Shown here: positions 20,382-29,166 of the stretch, in pieces | Layout: each line of letters opens with the position of its first letter | How positions within the stretch are numbered: position 1 is the first letter of the stretch | Assembly: GCA_944363705.1 (NCBI GenBank) | Contig: CALVUY010000002.1 | Span: 1-54,501 of the forward strand | Direction of reading: 5' to 3' | DNA length: 54,501 nucleotides | DNA from: an uncultured Bacilli bacterium | Lineage (GTDB): Bacteria; Bacillota_I; Bacilli_A; RF39; UBA660 | The notes under the pieces: generated by a model | Databases searched by the model: none | Seen by the model: the letters and a program-made list of their open reading frames with translations, nothing else | What the model was told of the DNA's origin: nothing | Made by a program: the position numbers and the translations under genes

Positions 20382-20681
20382 TTATTCATCGATATTTTTA
20401 ATGTTATCATTATTATAACTTAATCCTTGTTCTTTGGCAACTTCTTCTATTTTATCTAATGATGCTAACTCATTTATTTTCATAGATAAACTTTCATTTG
20501 TTTTAGTTTGTTCACTTATTTCTTTTTTAGTTTTCTCAACTTCAAAGTTTATTTTAGACAAAGTTGCTTTAGAAAATACTATTGTTAGAGGTGCACTAAT
20601 CGCTAATACTAATGCAAATGTATAAATAAGACGTTCAAACTTACTCATTTTAACTCTTTTTACTACTTTTCTCTTAGCCAT
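20382..20681 (-). CDS. ftsL: Cell division protein FtsL
   Basis: 99-aa bitopic protein (basic N-terminus, one TM, coiled coil), located between rsmH and the PBP gene. Confidence 0.8.
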   Translation of the reverse strand: MAKRKVVKRVKMSKFERLIYTFALVLAISAPLTIVFSKATLSKINFEVEKTKKEISEQTKTNESLSMKINELASLDKIEEVAKEQGLSYNNDNIKNIDE

Positions 20682-20692
20682 AAGTATCCCTC

Positions 20693-21616
20693 CTATTTTA
20701 TTCTTTCTATTACTCTAAGCGTTGCAGAATGAGCTCTATTATTTAAAGCTAACTCTTCACTGCTTGCTTTTATTCCTTTTTTAGTAATTAGTTTAAAGTC
20801 TGGTAGTTTATCTATAGGTATATTAGGTAATCCTTTAGATAAAGGATCTATCTCACACATTTCATTAAACTTTTTCTTAACTATTTTATCTTCTAGAGAA
20901 TGAAATGTTATAATAGCAATTCTTCCATTAATATTTAACATAGATAAACTATCATCAAGAGATTTCTTTAAGACGTTTAACTCATCATTAACTTCTATTC
21001 TTAACGCTTGAAATATTTGTTTAGCAGGATGTTTCTTTATTCTTTCTTTATAAGGAACAGCACTTTTAATAATATCTACTAGTTCAAAAGTAGTTTCGAT
21101 TTTCTTAGTCTCTCTATACTTAACAATATTTCTAGCGATAGATCCCGAAAACTTACTTTCACCATAGTCTTTAAAGATTCTCTTTAACTCATCATAACTA
21201 TAAGTATTAACTATTAATTTAGCATTTAACTTATTATCTTTATCCATCCTCATATCAAGGGGAGCATCAAATCTATAAGAGAAGCCACGATAGTCTTCGT
21301 CTAGTTGAGGACTTGATACTCCAAGATCATAAAGGATAGCATCTACTTTTTCTATGCCTAGTTCTTTTAATTTATTTTTAGCATAGACAAAGTTAGAATC
21401 AATTATTTGGAAGTTATCACCAATAGTAGAAAGTTTATCTTTACTATAGGCAAGTGCTTCCTCGTCTTGGTCAAAGGCGAATAGATACCCATTTTTAATT
21501 CTTTTTAAAATTTGACTACTATGTCCTGCAAAGCCTAAAGTCATATCAACAGCGATACTGTTATCTTTTAGATTTAAGGATTCTATTGTTTCATTAAGTA
21601 ATACTGATTCATGCAT
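20693..21616 (-). CDS. rsmH: 16S rRNA (cytosine1402-N4)-methyltransferase
   Basis: HESVLLNE...DMTLGFAGHS...DLGVSSPQLD...GFSYRFDAPLDMRM motifs. Follows mraZ. Confidence 0.95.
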   Translation of the reverse strand: MHESVLLNETIESLNLKDNSIAVDMTLGFAGHSSQILKRIKNGYLFAFDQDEEALAYSKDKLSTIGDNFQIIDSNFVYAKNKLKELGIEKVDAILYDLGVSSPQLDEDYRGFSYRFDAPLDMRMDKDNKLNAKLIVNTYSYDELKRIFKDYGESKFSGSIARNIVKYRETKKIETTFELVDIIKSAVPYKERIKKHPAKQIFQALRIEVNDELNVLKKSLDDSLSMLNINGRIAIITFHSLEDKIVKKKFNEMCEIDPLSKGLPNIPIDKLPDFKLITKKGIKASSEELALNNRAHSATLRVIERIK

Positions 21617-22047
21617 TATATCTTCTCCTCAAATAAGTTTTCAGCAATATCGGACATTTCATCATTACAAGAACTCATAAACTCATTGAAGGCATCCTCA
21701 TCCCATATTTCTAATCTATCTCCCGTTCCTACAATTACACATTTTTTAGATAGATTAGCATAACTAACAAGGGGACTTGGAATATTAGCTCTTCCCTGTT
21801 TATCAAGTTCAATGGCAGTAGCACCAGACATAAAGAAGCGAGTGAAAGCTCTAGCATCTTTTTTAGTAAATGGTAAGCTTTCTAATTTTGCAACTATGTG
21901 ATTAAAAGTAGATTCTGAATAAACATAAATACAATGTTCTATACCACGTGTAATAACGAAGCTTGGGCCAAGTATTTCACGATATTTAGATGGTATAGCA
22001 ATTCTTCCTTTTTCATCAAGGTTATAATGAAATTCTCCCATGAACAT
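21616..22047 (-). CDS. mraZ: Transcriptional regulator MraZ
   Basis: MFMGEFHYNLDEKGRIAIPSKYR and a second DKQGRANIPSPL repeat. Start moved to the ATG at 22047, after GTGGGGGA. Confidence 0.93.
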   Translation of the reverse strand: MFMGEFHYNLDEKGRIAIPSKYREILGPSFVITRGIEHCIYVYSESTFNHIVAKLESLPFTKKDARAFTRFFMSGATAIELDKQGRANIPSPLVSYANLSKKCVIVGTGDRLEIWDEDAFNEFMSSCNDEMSDIAENLFEEKI

Positions 22048-22174
22048 ATTTATCCCCCACTTTTCACCACAATTCTCCACTGCTTAATTATATGTTACAC
22101 AAAAAGTTAGAAAATGTAAATAAAATAGAGAATATTTAATTAGACAAATAAATTACTTGACAAGAAAAATGTAA

Positions 22175-22207
22175 ACAAAAAGAAAAAAGGTCTTGACATT
22201 ACCTTTT
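22175..22207 (-). terminator. Terminator between the duplicated cassette and mraZ
   Basis: Stem aaaaggt (22185-22191) / acctttt (22201-22207). On the minus strand it is followed by TTCTTTTTG. Confidence 0.5.
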
Positions 22208-22295
22208 ACCTCTGTATTCTGTTTTTGCATATATATTAATAGAAGAAAGTTTTGTTTTCTAGGTATCACACCATAAATAAACTTTTTTAAAAAAT

Positions 22296-23420
22296 TCATC
22301 TTTCATAATCATAAATAATCACACCGGTATCATCTATACTAGGATCTAAAATATATTCTTTACCCCAACTTGATACTAAATACCTTCCATCATCTAAAAC
22401 ATCAACAATTGTCATAGCATGATCTCCAACATTATCATAAACTATATCATCTAGTTTTCCATTACCATCTAAATCTTCAGGAGAAAATAATGTAAAATAA
22501 TGAGCAGAAACAATAGCAAACTTCCCCTCTCTTAAAACTTCTTTAATATTTACTTTTTCTTTTTCTGTTTTATTTTCAATTATAGGCTGATTATCAGGAA
22601 TATTAATTCCAACTTCTTCTAGCTCTTTCTTTCTTTTTTTCCACTCCGCTGTACCTGGTTCTAAAATTACTTTTTTCGTTATAGTATTACTATTAACTGA
22701 CAACTGTATACCTTTTTCTGCAAGATATCCAGAAAGAACTCTACCAACATCAATAAGGCTCGTTCCACCCATACCAGTTCTAATAAAAATTTCATCATCC
22801 AAAGCTGCATCATTATCTCTTATTTTCATTTCCTCTTCTACATTACCATAAACTTCTTCAATAGTTTGAAATCCTTTTTCATTTTTGGCATAATACAAAA
22901 AGAAATCTAAAAACATATATTCATAGCGATACCCTAAATATGTTTCTCCACCAGGAGAATTCTGTTTATATGTTAACATAGAAAAACCAAATATTTCCTC
23001 AAATTTGCTCTCTCCATTAGGAATACTTTGAAAGTATTGAAATATTGTATTAATTGCAGCGACATAACCACAGCCAACAAAATTCATTCTATTAAATAAA
23101 AGTTCTAAATCTTCTTCTGTAGCATCTGGATAATATTTATTTACTATTTCCCATATATTTTCATCATTAAGATAGTTTTCTATATTTTGAACTAATGCTC
23201 CCTGATTACCACCAAAACTACTAGTACTATCATTTTCAGAATCAAATATACTACTGCATAAAGTTATTGTTTCTAAATCATTGTTACTATTATTATCACT
23301 ATTAAAAGTAACTTGTTGATCAGTAACATAATTAGTTATCTTACTTGTTGTAGTACTAGCTTTTTTTAATACATTATTAAAATTAATACTTGTTTTACTA
23401 ATATCTGACTTTATCTTCAT
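22296..23420 (-). CDS. Papain-fold (C39-like / transglutaminase-like) Cys-His-Asp protein, paralog A
   Basis: 374 aa with no signal peptide. Candidate catalytic blocks are NFVGCGYVAAINTI (Cys117), GDHAMTIVDV (His334) and YLVSSWGKEYILDPS (Asp359). The first 43 aa are identical to paralog B. Confidence 0.6.
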   Translation of the reverse strand: MKIKSDISKTSINFNNVLKKASTTTSKITNYVTDQQVTFNSDNNSNNDLETITLCSSIFDSENDSTSSFGGNQGALVQNIENYLNDENIWEIVNKYYPDATEEDLELLFNRMNFVGCGYVAAINTIFQYFQSIPNGESKFEEIFGFSMLTYKQNSPGGETYLGYRYEYMFLDFFLYYAKNEKGFQTIEEVYGNVEEEMKIRDNDAALDDEIFIRTGMGGTSLIDVGRVLSGYLAEKGIQLSVNSNTITKKVILEPGTAEWKKRKKELEEVGINIPDNQPIIENKTEKEKVNIKEVLREGKFAIVSAHYFTLFSPEDLDGNGKLDDIVYDNVGDHAMTIVDVLDDGRYLVSSWGKEYILDPSIDDTGVIIYDYER

Positions 23421-23431
23421 AATTACTTCTC

Positions 23432-23929
23432 CTATAATATCTTATAGCTTAACATTTTACATTCAATATTAAGTTTTTCTAATGTTTCTTTTTCTAATTT
23501 TTCTTTAATATTATTTATTCCTTCTCTTTGTTTTCTTATATTATTTATATATTCTTCCTTAATTTGCTTCTCTTTATTTTTTCCATAAATAAAAGCGAAT
23601 ACTAATGTACCATTTTTTATAATAGTTTCTGGGGTAGGCTCAAAATAGGTAATATTTTTTACCCCTTCTTTTGTAATTACCTTCTTTAATGTATTTTTAA
23701 TAAACTCTTCTGTCATTTCTTCATTTTCATTTAACTCATCTAAATATAAATTATTAAGACAATATATATATTTAGAAACTTTCATATAACCATACTTTTC
23801 AAAAGTAGTAGATGGTGTAAATGAACAATTACTCTCTTCTACTACATTATCTAAACTATCCAAATTAAGTTCACTTTTTAATAGTTCTATTAAACTATTT
23901 TTATACACTTCTTTATATTCTTCCTTCAT
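23432..23929 (-). CDS. Hypothetical 165-aa protein, copy 1 (cassette partner)
   Basis: Translation is identical to 25325-25822. No motif recognised. Acidic N-terminal half and a Lys/Glu-rich helical C-terminus. Confidence 0.6.
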   Translation of the reverse strand: MKEEYKEVYKNSLIELLKSELNLDSLDNVVEESNCSFTPSTTFEKYGYMKVSKYIYCLNNLYLDELNENEEMTEEFIKNTLKKVITKEGVKNITYFEPTPETIIKNGTLVFAFIYGKNKEKQIKEEYINNIRKQREGINNIKEKLEKETLEKLNIECKMLSYKIL

Positions 23930-23996
23930 TTATATCACCACCTTAAGTTTATCAAATATATAATTAAATAACAATATAAAAAGCATAAGTTTTCAC

Positions 23997-24046
23997 TTAC
24001 ACTTCTTGTATTACGGTTATAATCATAGGTTTTGTTTCCATAGTTT
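23997..24046 (-). pseudogene. Duplicated 3'-terminal fragment of rnj
   Basis: 50 bp identical to the last codons plus stop of RNase J at 25890-25939 (..TKPMIITVIQEV*). It was carried along by the tandem duplication. Confidence 0.8.
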
Positions 24047-24182
24047 AACCTTAAACACAACTTCTCTTCAAAAACATAAATATCATTAAGTTCACCATTA
24101 CCATCAAAACCTTTTGAATATTAATGTTCTGATTTCTGATATTAATTATTCATTTTTTCTTTCCTTAATTTTTTCAAACTTA

Positions 24183-25313
24183 TTAAAAATCATATAAATC
24201 AATACCAATAAGCTTATTTTTACTTGTATCTAAAGTATACAAATTACCCCAACTACTCACTACCAATTTATCACCCCAAACATCTACAACCCTCATAGCA
24301 TGAGGTCCTATATCTTCTTTAGGAATATCATTAGCAATTCCTCCAATAATGTTTAAAGGCTCCAAATCAAAATCTTTAGCACTTACTACTATATATTTTC
24401 CATCTTCAATTAAAGCTTTCATAACATCATTTGTTATATCTTCAACACCGAGTTCAATATTACCATTTTTCAAAACATTTACCATTGTTAAAGAATGATT
24501 ATTAATAAAAACATCATATGCTTTATCCCCTGGTTTTATCACAACTGGTGTAATTGTATCACCCGTTGTATGATTTCCATTATTAATAATATTTCCACCA
24601 GCAGCAGTTATACTAATACCATGTTCTGCCATATAATTAGAAAAAACATACAACCTATCACCAGGAGTAGTTCCACCCATACCAGTTCTATCAAAATTTT
24701 CATCATCCAAAGCTGCATCATTATCTCTTATTTTCATTTCCTCTTCTACATTACCATATACGTCCTCTATAGTTTTATATCTTAAAGCATCATGAGACCA
24801 ATATAGAAAAAAATCTAAAAATAATAAATCATAATTATAATTATTCTCTAAACCAAAGAGAGTATCTTTTTTTAATGGAAAACCAAATTTTTTCTCAAAT
24901 TCTTCTTCACCATTCTCTTTATTTGCATAGTAATTAACAATAATATTAACACAAGCAACATAGCCACATCCAATAAAACTCATTCTATTAAATAAAAGTT
25001 CTAAATCTTCTTCCGTAGCATCTGGATAGTATTTATAAACTATTTTCCAAACATCTGGGTTTAACAAATAATAATCAACATTATTTTTTAGATTACTTTG
25101 ATTGCCACCGTAATTTTCCGCGTTAAAAATATCCCTAATATCTATGCTATCTGATAATTCAATAGTCTCTACATTACTACTTTTATTATCACTATTAAAA
25201 GTAACTTGTTGATCAGTAACATAATTAGTTATCTTACTTGTTGTAGTACTAGCTTTTTTTAATACATTATTAAAATTAATACTTGTTTTACTAATATCTG
25301 ACTTTATCTTCAT
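24183..25313 (-). CDS. Papain-fold Cys-His-Asp protein, paralog B
   Basis: 376 aa with SFIGCGYVACVNII, GPHAMRVVDV and LVVSSWGNLYTLDTS. It is a mosaic of identical, similar and unrelated blocks relative to paralog A. Confidence 0.6.
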   Translation of the reverse strand: MKIKSDISKTSINFNNVLKKASTTTSKITNYVTDQQVTFNSDNKSSNVETIELSDSIDIRDIFNAENYGGNQSNLKNNVDYYLLNPDVWKIVYKYYPDATEEDLELLFNRMSFIGCGYVACVNIIVNYYANKENGEEEFEKKFGFPLKKDTLFGLENNYNYDLLFLDFFLYWSHDALRYKTIEDVYGNVEEEMKIRDNDAALDDENFDRTGMGGTTPGDRLYVFSNYMAEHGISITAAGGNIINNGNHTTGDTITPVVIKPGDKAYDVFINNHSLTMVNVLKNGNIELGVEDITNDVMKALIEDGKYIVVSAKDFDLEPLNIIGGIANDIPKEDIGPHAMRVVDVWGDKLVVSSWGNLYTLDTSKNKLIGIDLYDF

Positions 25314-25939
25314 AATTACTTCTCCTATAATATCTTATAGCTTAACATTTTACATTCAATATTAAGTTTTTCTAATGTTTCTTTTTCTAATTTTTCTTTA
25401 ATATTATTTATTCCTTCTCTTTGTTTTCTTATATTATTTATATATTCTTCCTTAATTTGCTTCTCTTTATTTTTTCCATAAATAAAAGCGAATACTAATG
25501 TACCATTTTTTATAATAGTTTCTGGGGTAGGCTCAAAATAGGTAATATTTTTTACCCCTTCTTTTGTAATTACCTTCTTTAATGTATTTTTAATAAACTC
25601 TTCTGTCATTTCTTCATTTTCATTTAACTCATCTAAATATAAATTATTAAGACAATATATATATTTAGAAACTTTCATATAACCATACTTTTCAAAAGTA
25701 GTAGATGGTGTAAATGAACAATTACTCTCTTCTACTACATTATCTAAACTATCCAAATTAAGTTCACTTTTTAATAGTTCTATTAAACTATTTTTATACA
25801 CTTCTTTATATTCTTCCTTCATTTATATCACCACCTTAAGTTTATCAAATATATAATTAAATAACAATATAAAAAGCATAAGTTTTCACTTACACTTCTT
25901 GTATTACGGTTATAATCATAGGTTTTGTTTCCATAGTTT
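25183..25939. repeat. Direct repeat copy 2 (about 757 bp)
   Basis: See 23290-24046. Confidence 0.85.
25325..25822 (-). CDS. Hypothetical 165-aa protein, copy 2
   Basis: Identical translation to copy 1. Confidence 0.6.
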   Translation of the reverse strand: MKEEYKEVYKNSLIELLKSELNLDSLDNVVEESNCSFTPSTTFEKYGYMKVSKYIYCLNNLYLDELNENEEMTEEFIKNTLKKVITKEGVKNITYFEPTPETIIKNGTLVFAFIYGKNKEKQIKEEYINNIRKQREGINNIKEKLEKETLEKLNIECKMLSYKIL

Positions 25940-27542
25940 TATAAAAGTATTTACCCAAAACATCTCTTACTTCTGTTTTAATAGTAGAATACTCTACTCT
26001 TCTAGAGTTTTCACTTATATTTTTCTCTATTATTTCTAAAGACATATTTTTAATTTCATCTACTAAATCTAAATTATCTTTAACATAGATAAAACCTCTT
26101 GTTAATACTTCTGGTCCTGCTAATATCTTTTTAGTTTCTCTATCTAAAGTACAACTAATAATAACAATACCATTTTCTCCTAACATCTCTCTATCTTTTA
26201 AAACTAAATCTCCAATATCACCATTACTTTTACCATCTATTAGAATTTCATCAACTGGTATATGTTCATTAGTAGGAACAAGATTACCTTTAATAAATAG
26301 AGTTACATCTCCATTTTGTTTTAAGATAATATTATCTTTAGGTATTCCTAAGTCTTCCGCAATCTCTGCATTAGCATATTGATTACGATATTCTCCTTTA
26401 ACAGGAAAATAATACTTAGGATTCATTATGTTTATTAATAAAGATAAATCTTCACGAGATGCATGATGTAACAAGTGTTTCTTACTAGATAAACTAATAG
26501 CATTAACACCAAGCATGGCAATATCATCCATAACAGTAGCAAGACGTTTTTCTATTCCTTCATACGCAGGTTCTGTTATAAAGATAGTATCATTAGTATT
26601 AAGTTTAATAAACTTATCATACCCTTTAATTATTCTTTCTAAGTTTGCAAAAGGTTTCTCTTTTTCATCTGATATTAATACTACAACATCTTTATCTTCT
26701 AAATTATTTAAATCTCCAATTACTCTTCTATCAATAGTTAAATAATTATTCTTTATGGCATAATTAATAGTATTTTGTAATGAATGACCCATAATAACAA
26801 TCTTTCTATGAGTCTTACTAACTTCATCAAATATCTCTTGTATTCTATAGAAATGTGCAGGAAAAACAGTTGCAATTATTCTTCCTTTGTTTCTTGCTAA
26901 TACATTTCTAATAAAGTCACTTACTCTATTATTTGGACTAGTATAGCCTTCTCTTTCAGCATACATAGATTCTGCTAAAAGACAAAGTACTCCTTGCTTA
27001 CCAACATAAGCAAGTTTACCTATATCTGTTTTATATAAACCTGTTTCAGTATGATCAAAAGTAAAGTCTCCTGTATAAACTATTGCCCCATCTTTAGTAT
27101 ATAAAACATAACATAAAGCATCAGGAATAGAATGAGTCATTGATATAGGAAAAATACTTTCTTTTCCAAGTTCTAATTTATGATGAGGTTTAACCTCTAT
27201 TAAATGACTTTTTTTAATCTCTTGTTCTGTTAAATCTTGTTTTAATATTTCAAGCGTTAGTTTCGCTCCATAAATATTAACTTCAGGAATCTGCTTTAAT
27301 ATATCAGGAACTGCTCCCATATTACCTTCATGACCGTGACTTAAAAAGATACCTTTTATTCTTTTTCTATTTTTTATTAAATAATCAAAGTTAGGAATAA
27401 TATAATCTATTCCTAGATTCTTTTCATTATCAAATTTACTTCCGGCATCAAACACATAGATGTTTTTATCTACTTCAACAACATACATATTCTTACCATT
27501 TTCGTTTAGTCCACCTAAACTAAATATTTTTATTTTACTCAT
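25890..27542 (-). CDS. rnj: RNase J-family ribonuclease with degenerate metallo-beta-lactamase motif
   Basis: MSKIKIFSLGGLNENGKNMYVVEV N-terminus, beta-CASP architecture and about 550 aa. Motif II reads HGHEGN instead of HxHxDH. Start moved to the ATG at 27542, after GGAGAA. Confidence 0.85.
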   Translation of the reverse strand: MSKIKIFSLGGLNENGKNMYVVEVDKNIYVFDAGSKFDNEKNLGIDYIIPNFDYLIKNRKRIKGIFLSHGHEGNMGAVPDILKQIPEVNIYGAKLTLEILKQDLTEQEIKKSHLIEVKPHHKLELGKESIFPISMTHSIPDALCYVLYTKDGAIVYTGDFTFDHTETGLYKTDIGKLAYVGKQGVLCLLAESMYAEREGYTSPNNRVSDFIRNVLARNKGRIIATVFPAHFYRIQEIFDEVSKTHRKIVIMGHSLQNTINYAIKNNYLTIDRRVIGDLNNLEDKDVVVLISDEKEKPFANLERIIKGYDKFIKLNTNDTIFITEPAYEGIEKRLATVMDDIAMLGVNAISLSSKKHLLHHASREDLSLLINIMNPKYYFPVKGEYRNQYANAEIAEDLGIPKDNIILKQNGDVTLFIKGNLVPTNEHIPVDEILIDGKSNGDIGDLVLKDREMLGENGIVIISCTLDRETKKILAGPEVLTRGFIYVKDNLDLVDEIKNMSLEIIEKNISENSRRVEYSTIKTEVRDVLGKYFYKTMETKPMIITVIQEV

Positions 27543-27599
27543 AAATTCTCCTTTCTTTTTATATAGAAACAAAACTTTACTAATTATACACTATTTTGA

Positions 27600-28070
27600 T
27601 TATATTTTCAAATTTAAATTTTTAATTAATATTTTATTAGCTTCAGTTATTTTTCTTTTAACTAACTTACTATTTTGATTATTTTCCATTAAATATTTAT
27701 CATGATAATTCTTAATTTTATAAAATCTATAATTAATAAGTAAAACTAAATAAATATCATAATTAATATAGAGATTTCTTATTATTAGAGCATTCGAATA
27801 ATTAAATCCTAAATTACTATAGTCTTTCTCTTCAAATCCTTGTTCAGTTGCTATGGCAATTCTTTCTAGAGCTTTAACAGCAATGTTATTACTATTTACT
27901 AAAACAGCTAATCGTTCTCTTATTTCAGGATCTTTTAATAATGATTGGTTTTCTAAGATATTCTCTAAGTTAAAATAAACAATATCTTCTCTTATCTCAG
28001 TTCCTTCCATTTCCAAGTTAAAAAGAGTATCTACTAAATTGTTATATATAGTTGTTTCTTTTACATTCAT
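27600..28070 (-). CDS. Hypothetical protein (156 aa)
   Basis: ORF located between rnc and rnj. No motif recognised. Confidence 0.5.
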   Translation of the reverse strand: MNVKETTIYNNLVDTLFNLEMEGTEIREDIVYFNLENILENQSLLKDPEIRERLAVLVNSNNIAVKALERIAIATEQGFEEKDYSNLGFNYSNALIIRNLYINYDIYLVLLINYRFYKIKNYHDKYLMENNQNSKLVKRKITEANKILIKNLNLKI

Positions 28071-28072
28071 AA

Positions 28073-28738
28073 TTATATAGCAAGTTTTTCTAAAGCATTT
28101 TTAGCAGCTAGTTGCTCTGCTTCCTTCTTACTGTTTCCTACTCCTTCTCCATAAATAATACCATCTACTCTTACTTGCATTTTAAAGGTTTTATCATGAG
28201 GAGGACCTGATTCAGAAATTAATTCATAATAAAGACTCTTTTTAGTAGTTTGAACTGCTTCTTGTAAAGCTGATTTATAATCTGAGAAGAATGTTACATT
28301 AGGATTAGTAACATAAGGAACAATTATATCTAAAATAACTCTTCTAACAGTAGCATATCCTAAATCTAGGTAAATAGCACCCATTAAAGACTCAAAGATA
28401 TCGGCAACTATAGCTTTTTTAAGTTTACCTCCATGTAATTCTTCTCCATGGCCTACTTTTATATATTTATTAAGTCCTAAACCTAAAGAATACTCATATA
28501 AAGCATTCTCACATACATAACTTGCTCTTACTTTAGTCATAGTACCTTCATTTTCATCATGATTACGATATAAGTAATCAGCCATGACTAAATCAACAAC
28601 AGCATCTCCTAAAAACTCTAACCTTTCATAATCTTTTTTCGCTCTATGTTCATTAGCATAAGATGAGTGAGAGAAAGCTACTTCATATAGTTTTATATTT
28701 TTAGGAGTTATATTTAATTTTTTAAATAATTCATCCAT
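28073..28738 (-). CDS. rnc: Ribonuclease III
   Basis: ERLEFLGDAV signature, plus a C-terminal dsRBD (GPPHDKTF...GEGVGNSKKEAEQLAAKNAL). Confidence 0.95.
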   Translation of the reverse strand: MDELFKKLNITPKNIKLYEVAFSHSSYANEHRAKKDYERLEFLGDAVVDLVMADYLYRNHDENEGTMTKVRASYVCENALYEYSLGLGLNKYIKVGHGEELHGGKLKKAIVADIFESLMGAIYLDLGYATVRRVILDIIVPYVTNPNVTFFSDYKSALQEAVQTTKKSLYYELISESGPPHDKTFKMQVRVDGIIYGEGVGNSKKEAEQLAAKNALEKLAI

Positions 28739-29090
28739 TAATTATCACTTCTTTCCATATATCTTCTTTAAAACCAGTTAAAACAAAATTATCACTCACA
28801 AGAAGAGGTCTTTTTACAAGCATACCATCAGTAGATAATAACTCAAGCTTTTCATCCAAAGTCATATTAGGTAACTTATCTTTTAAATGTAACTCTTTAT
28901 ATAAATTACCACTTGTATTAAAGAGTGTTTTTATATCTTTACCACTAATTTCAAGAAATTTCTTTAGTTCCTCTTTAGTAGGATTATTAGTTACTATATT
29001 TCTATCAACATATTTAATATTATTATCATCTAAAAACTTTTTAGCTTTCCTGCAAGTACTACATTTTGGATATTCTATAAACAAATACAT
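28731..29090 (-). CDS. ArsC/Spx-family thioredoxin-fold protein
   Basis: MYLFIEYPKCSTCRKAKKFLDDNNIKY..DR.. pattern with a CxxC motif. Start taken at the ATG at 29090, after AAAGAGGGA. Confidence 0.75.
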   Translation of the reverse strand: MYLFIEYPKCSTCRKAKKFLDDNNIKYVDRNIVTNNPTKEELKKFLEISGKDIKTLFNTSGNLYKELHLKDKLPNMTLDEKLELLSTDGMLVKRPLLVSDNFVLTGFKEDIWKEVIING

Positions 29091-29131
29091 AATAGTCCCT
29101 CTTTCCATAATTATTATACTAGACTTTAAGG

Positions 29132-29160
29132 CAAAAGAAAAGTAAGTTATAATACTTACT
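29132..29160 (-). terminator. Terminator closing the toxin-island operon
   Basis: Stem agtaagt (29141-29147) / acttact (29154-29160). On the minus strand it is followed by TTTCTTTTG. It lies 7 nt after the stop of the kinase-like gene. Confidence 0.6.
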
Positions 29161-29166
29161 CATCAT

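Larger units (their letters stand above)
23290..24046. repeat. Direct repeat copy 1 (about 757 bp)
   Basis: Matches 25183-25939 at an offset of 1893 bp. Boundaries were checked base by base, and the interior is supported by the identical 165-aa translations and identical first 43 codons of the downstream gene. Confidence 0.85.

Noticed and set aside
22081-22175. MraZ operator repeats upstream of mraZ (two GAAAATGTAAA-like direct repeats and two TTGACA-like boxes)
   Set aside because: The repeats are short and AT-rich, and they do not match the MraZ box patterns I remember (TGGGN repeats in E. coli). I could not define a convincing promoter, so no feature was called.
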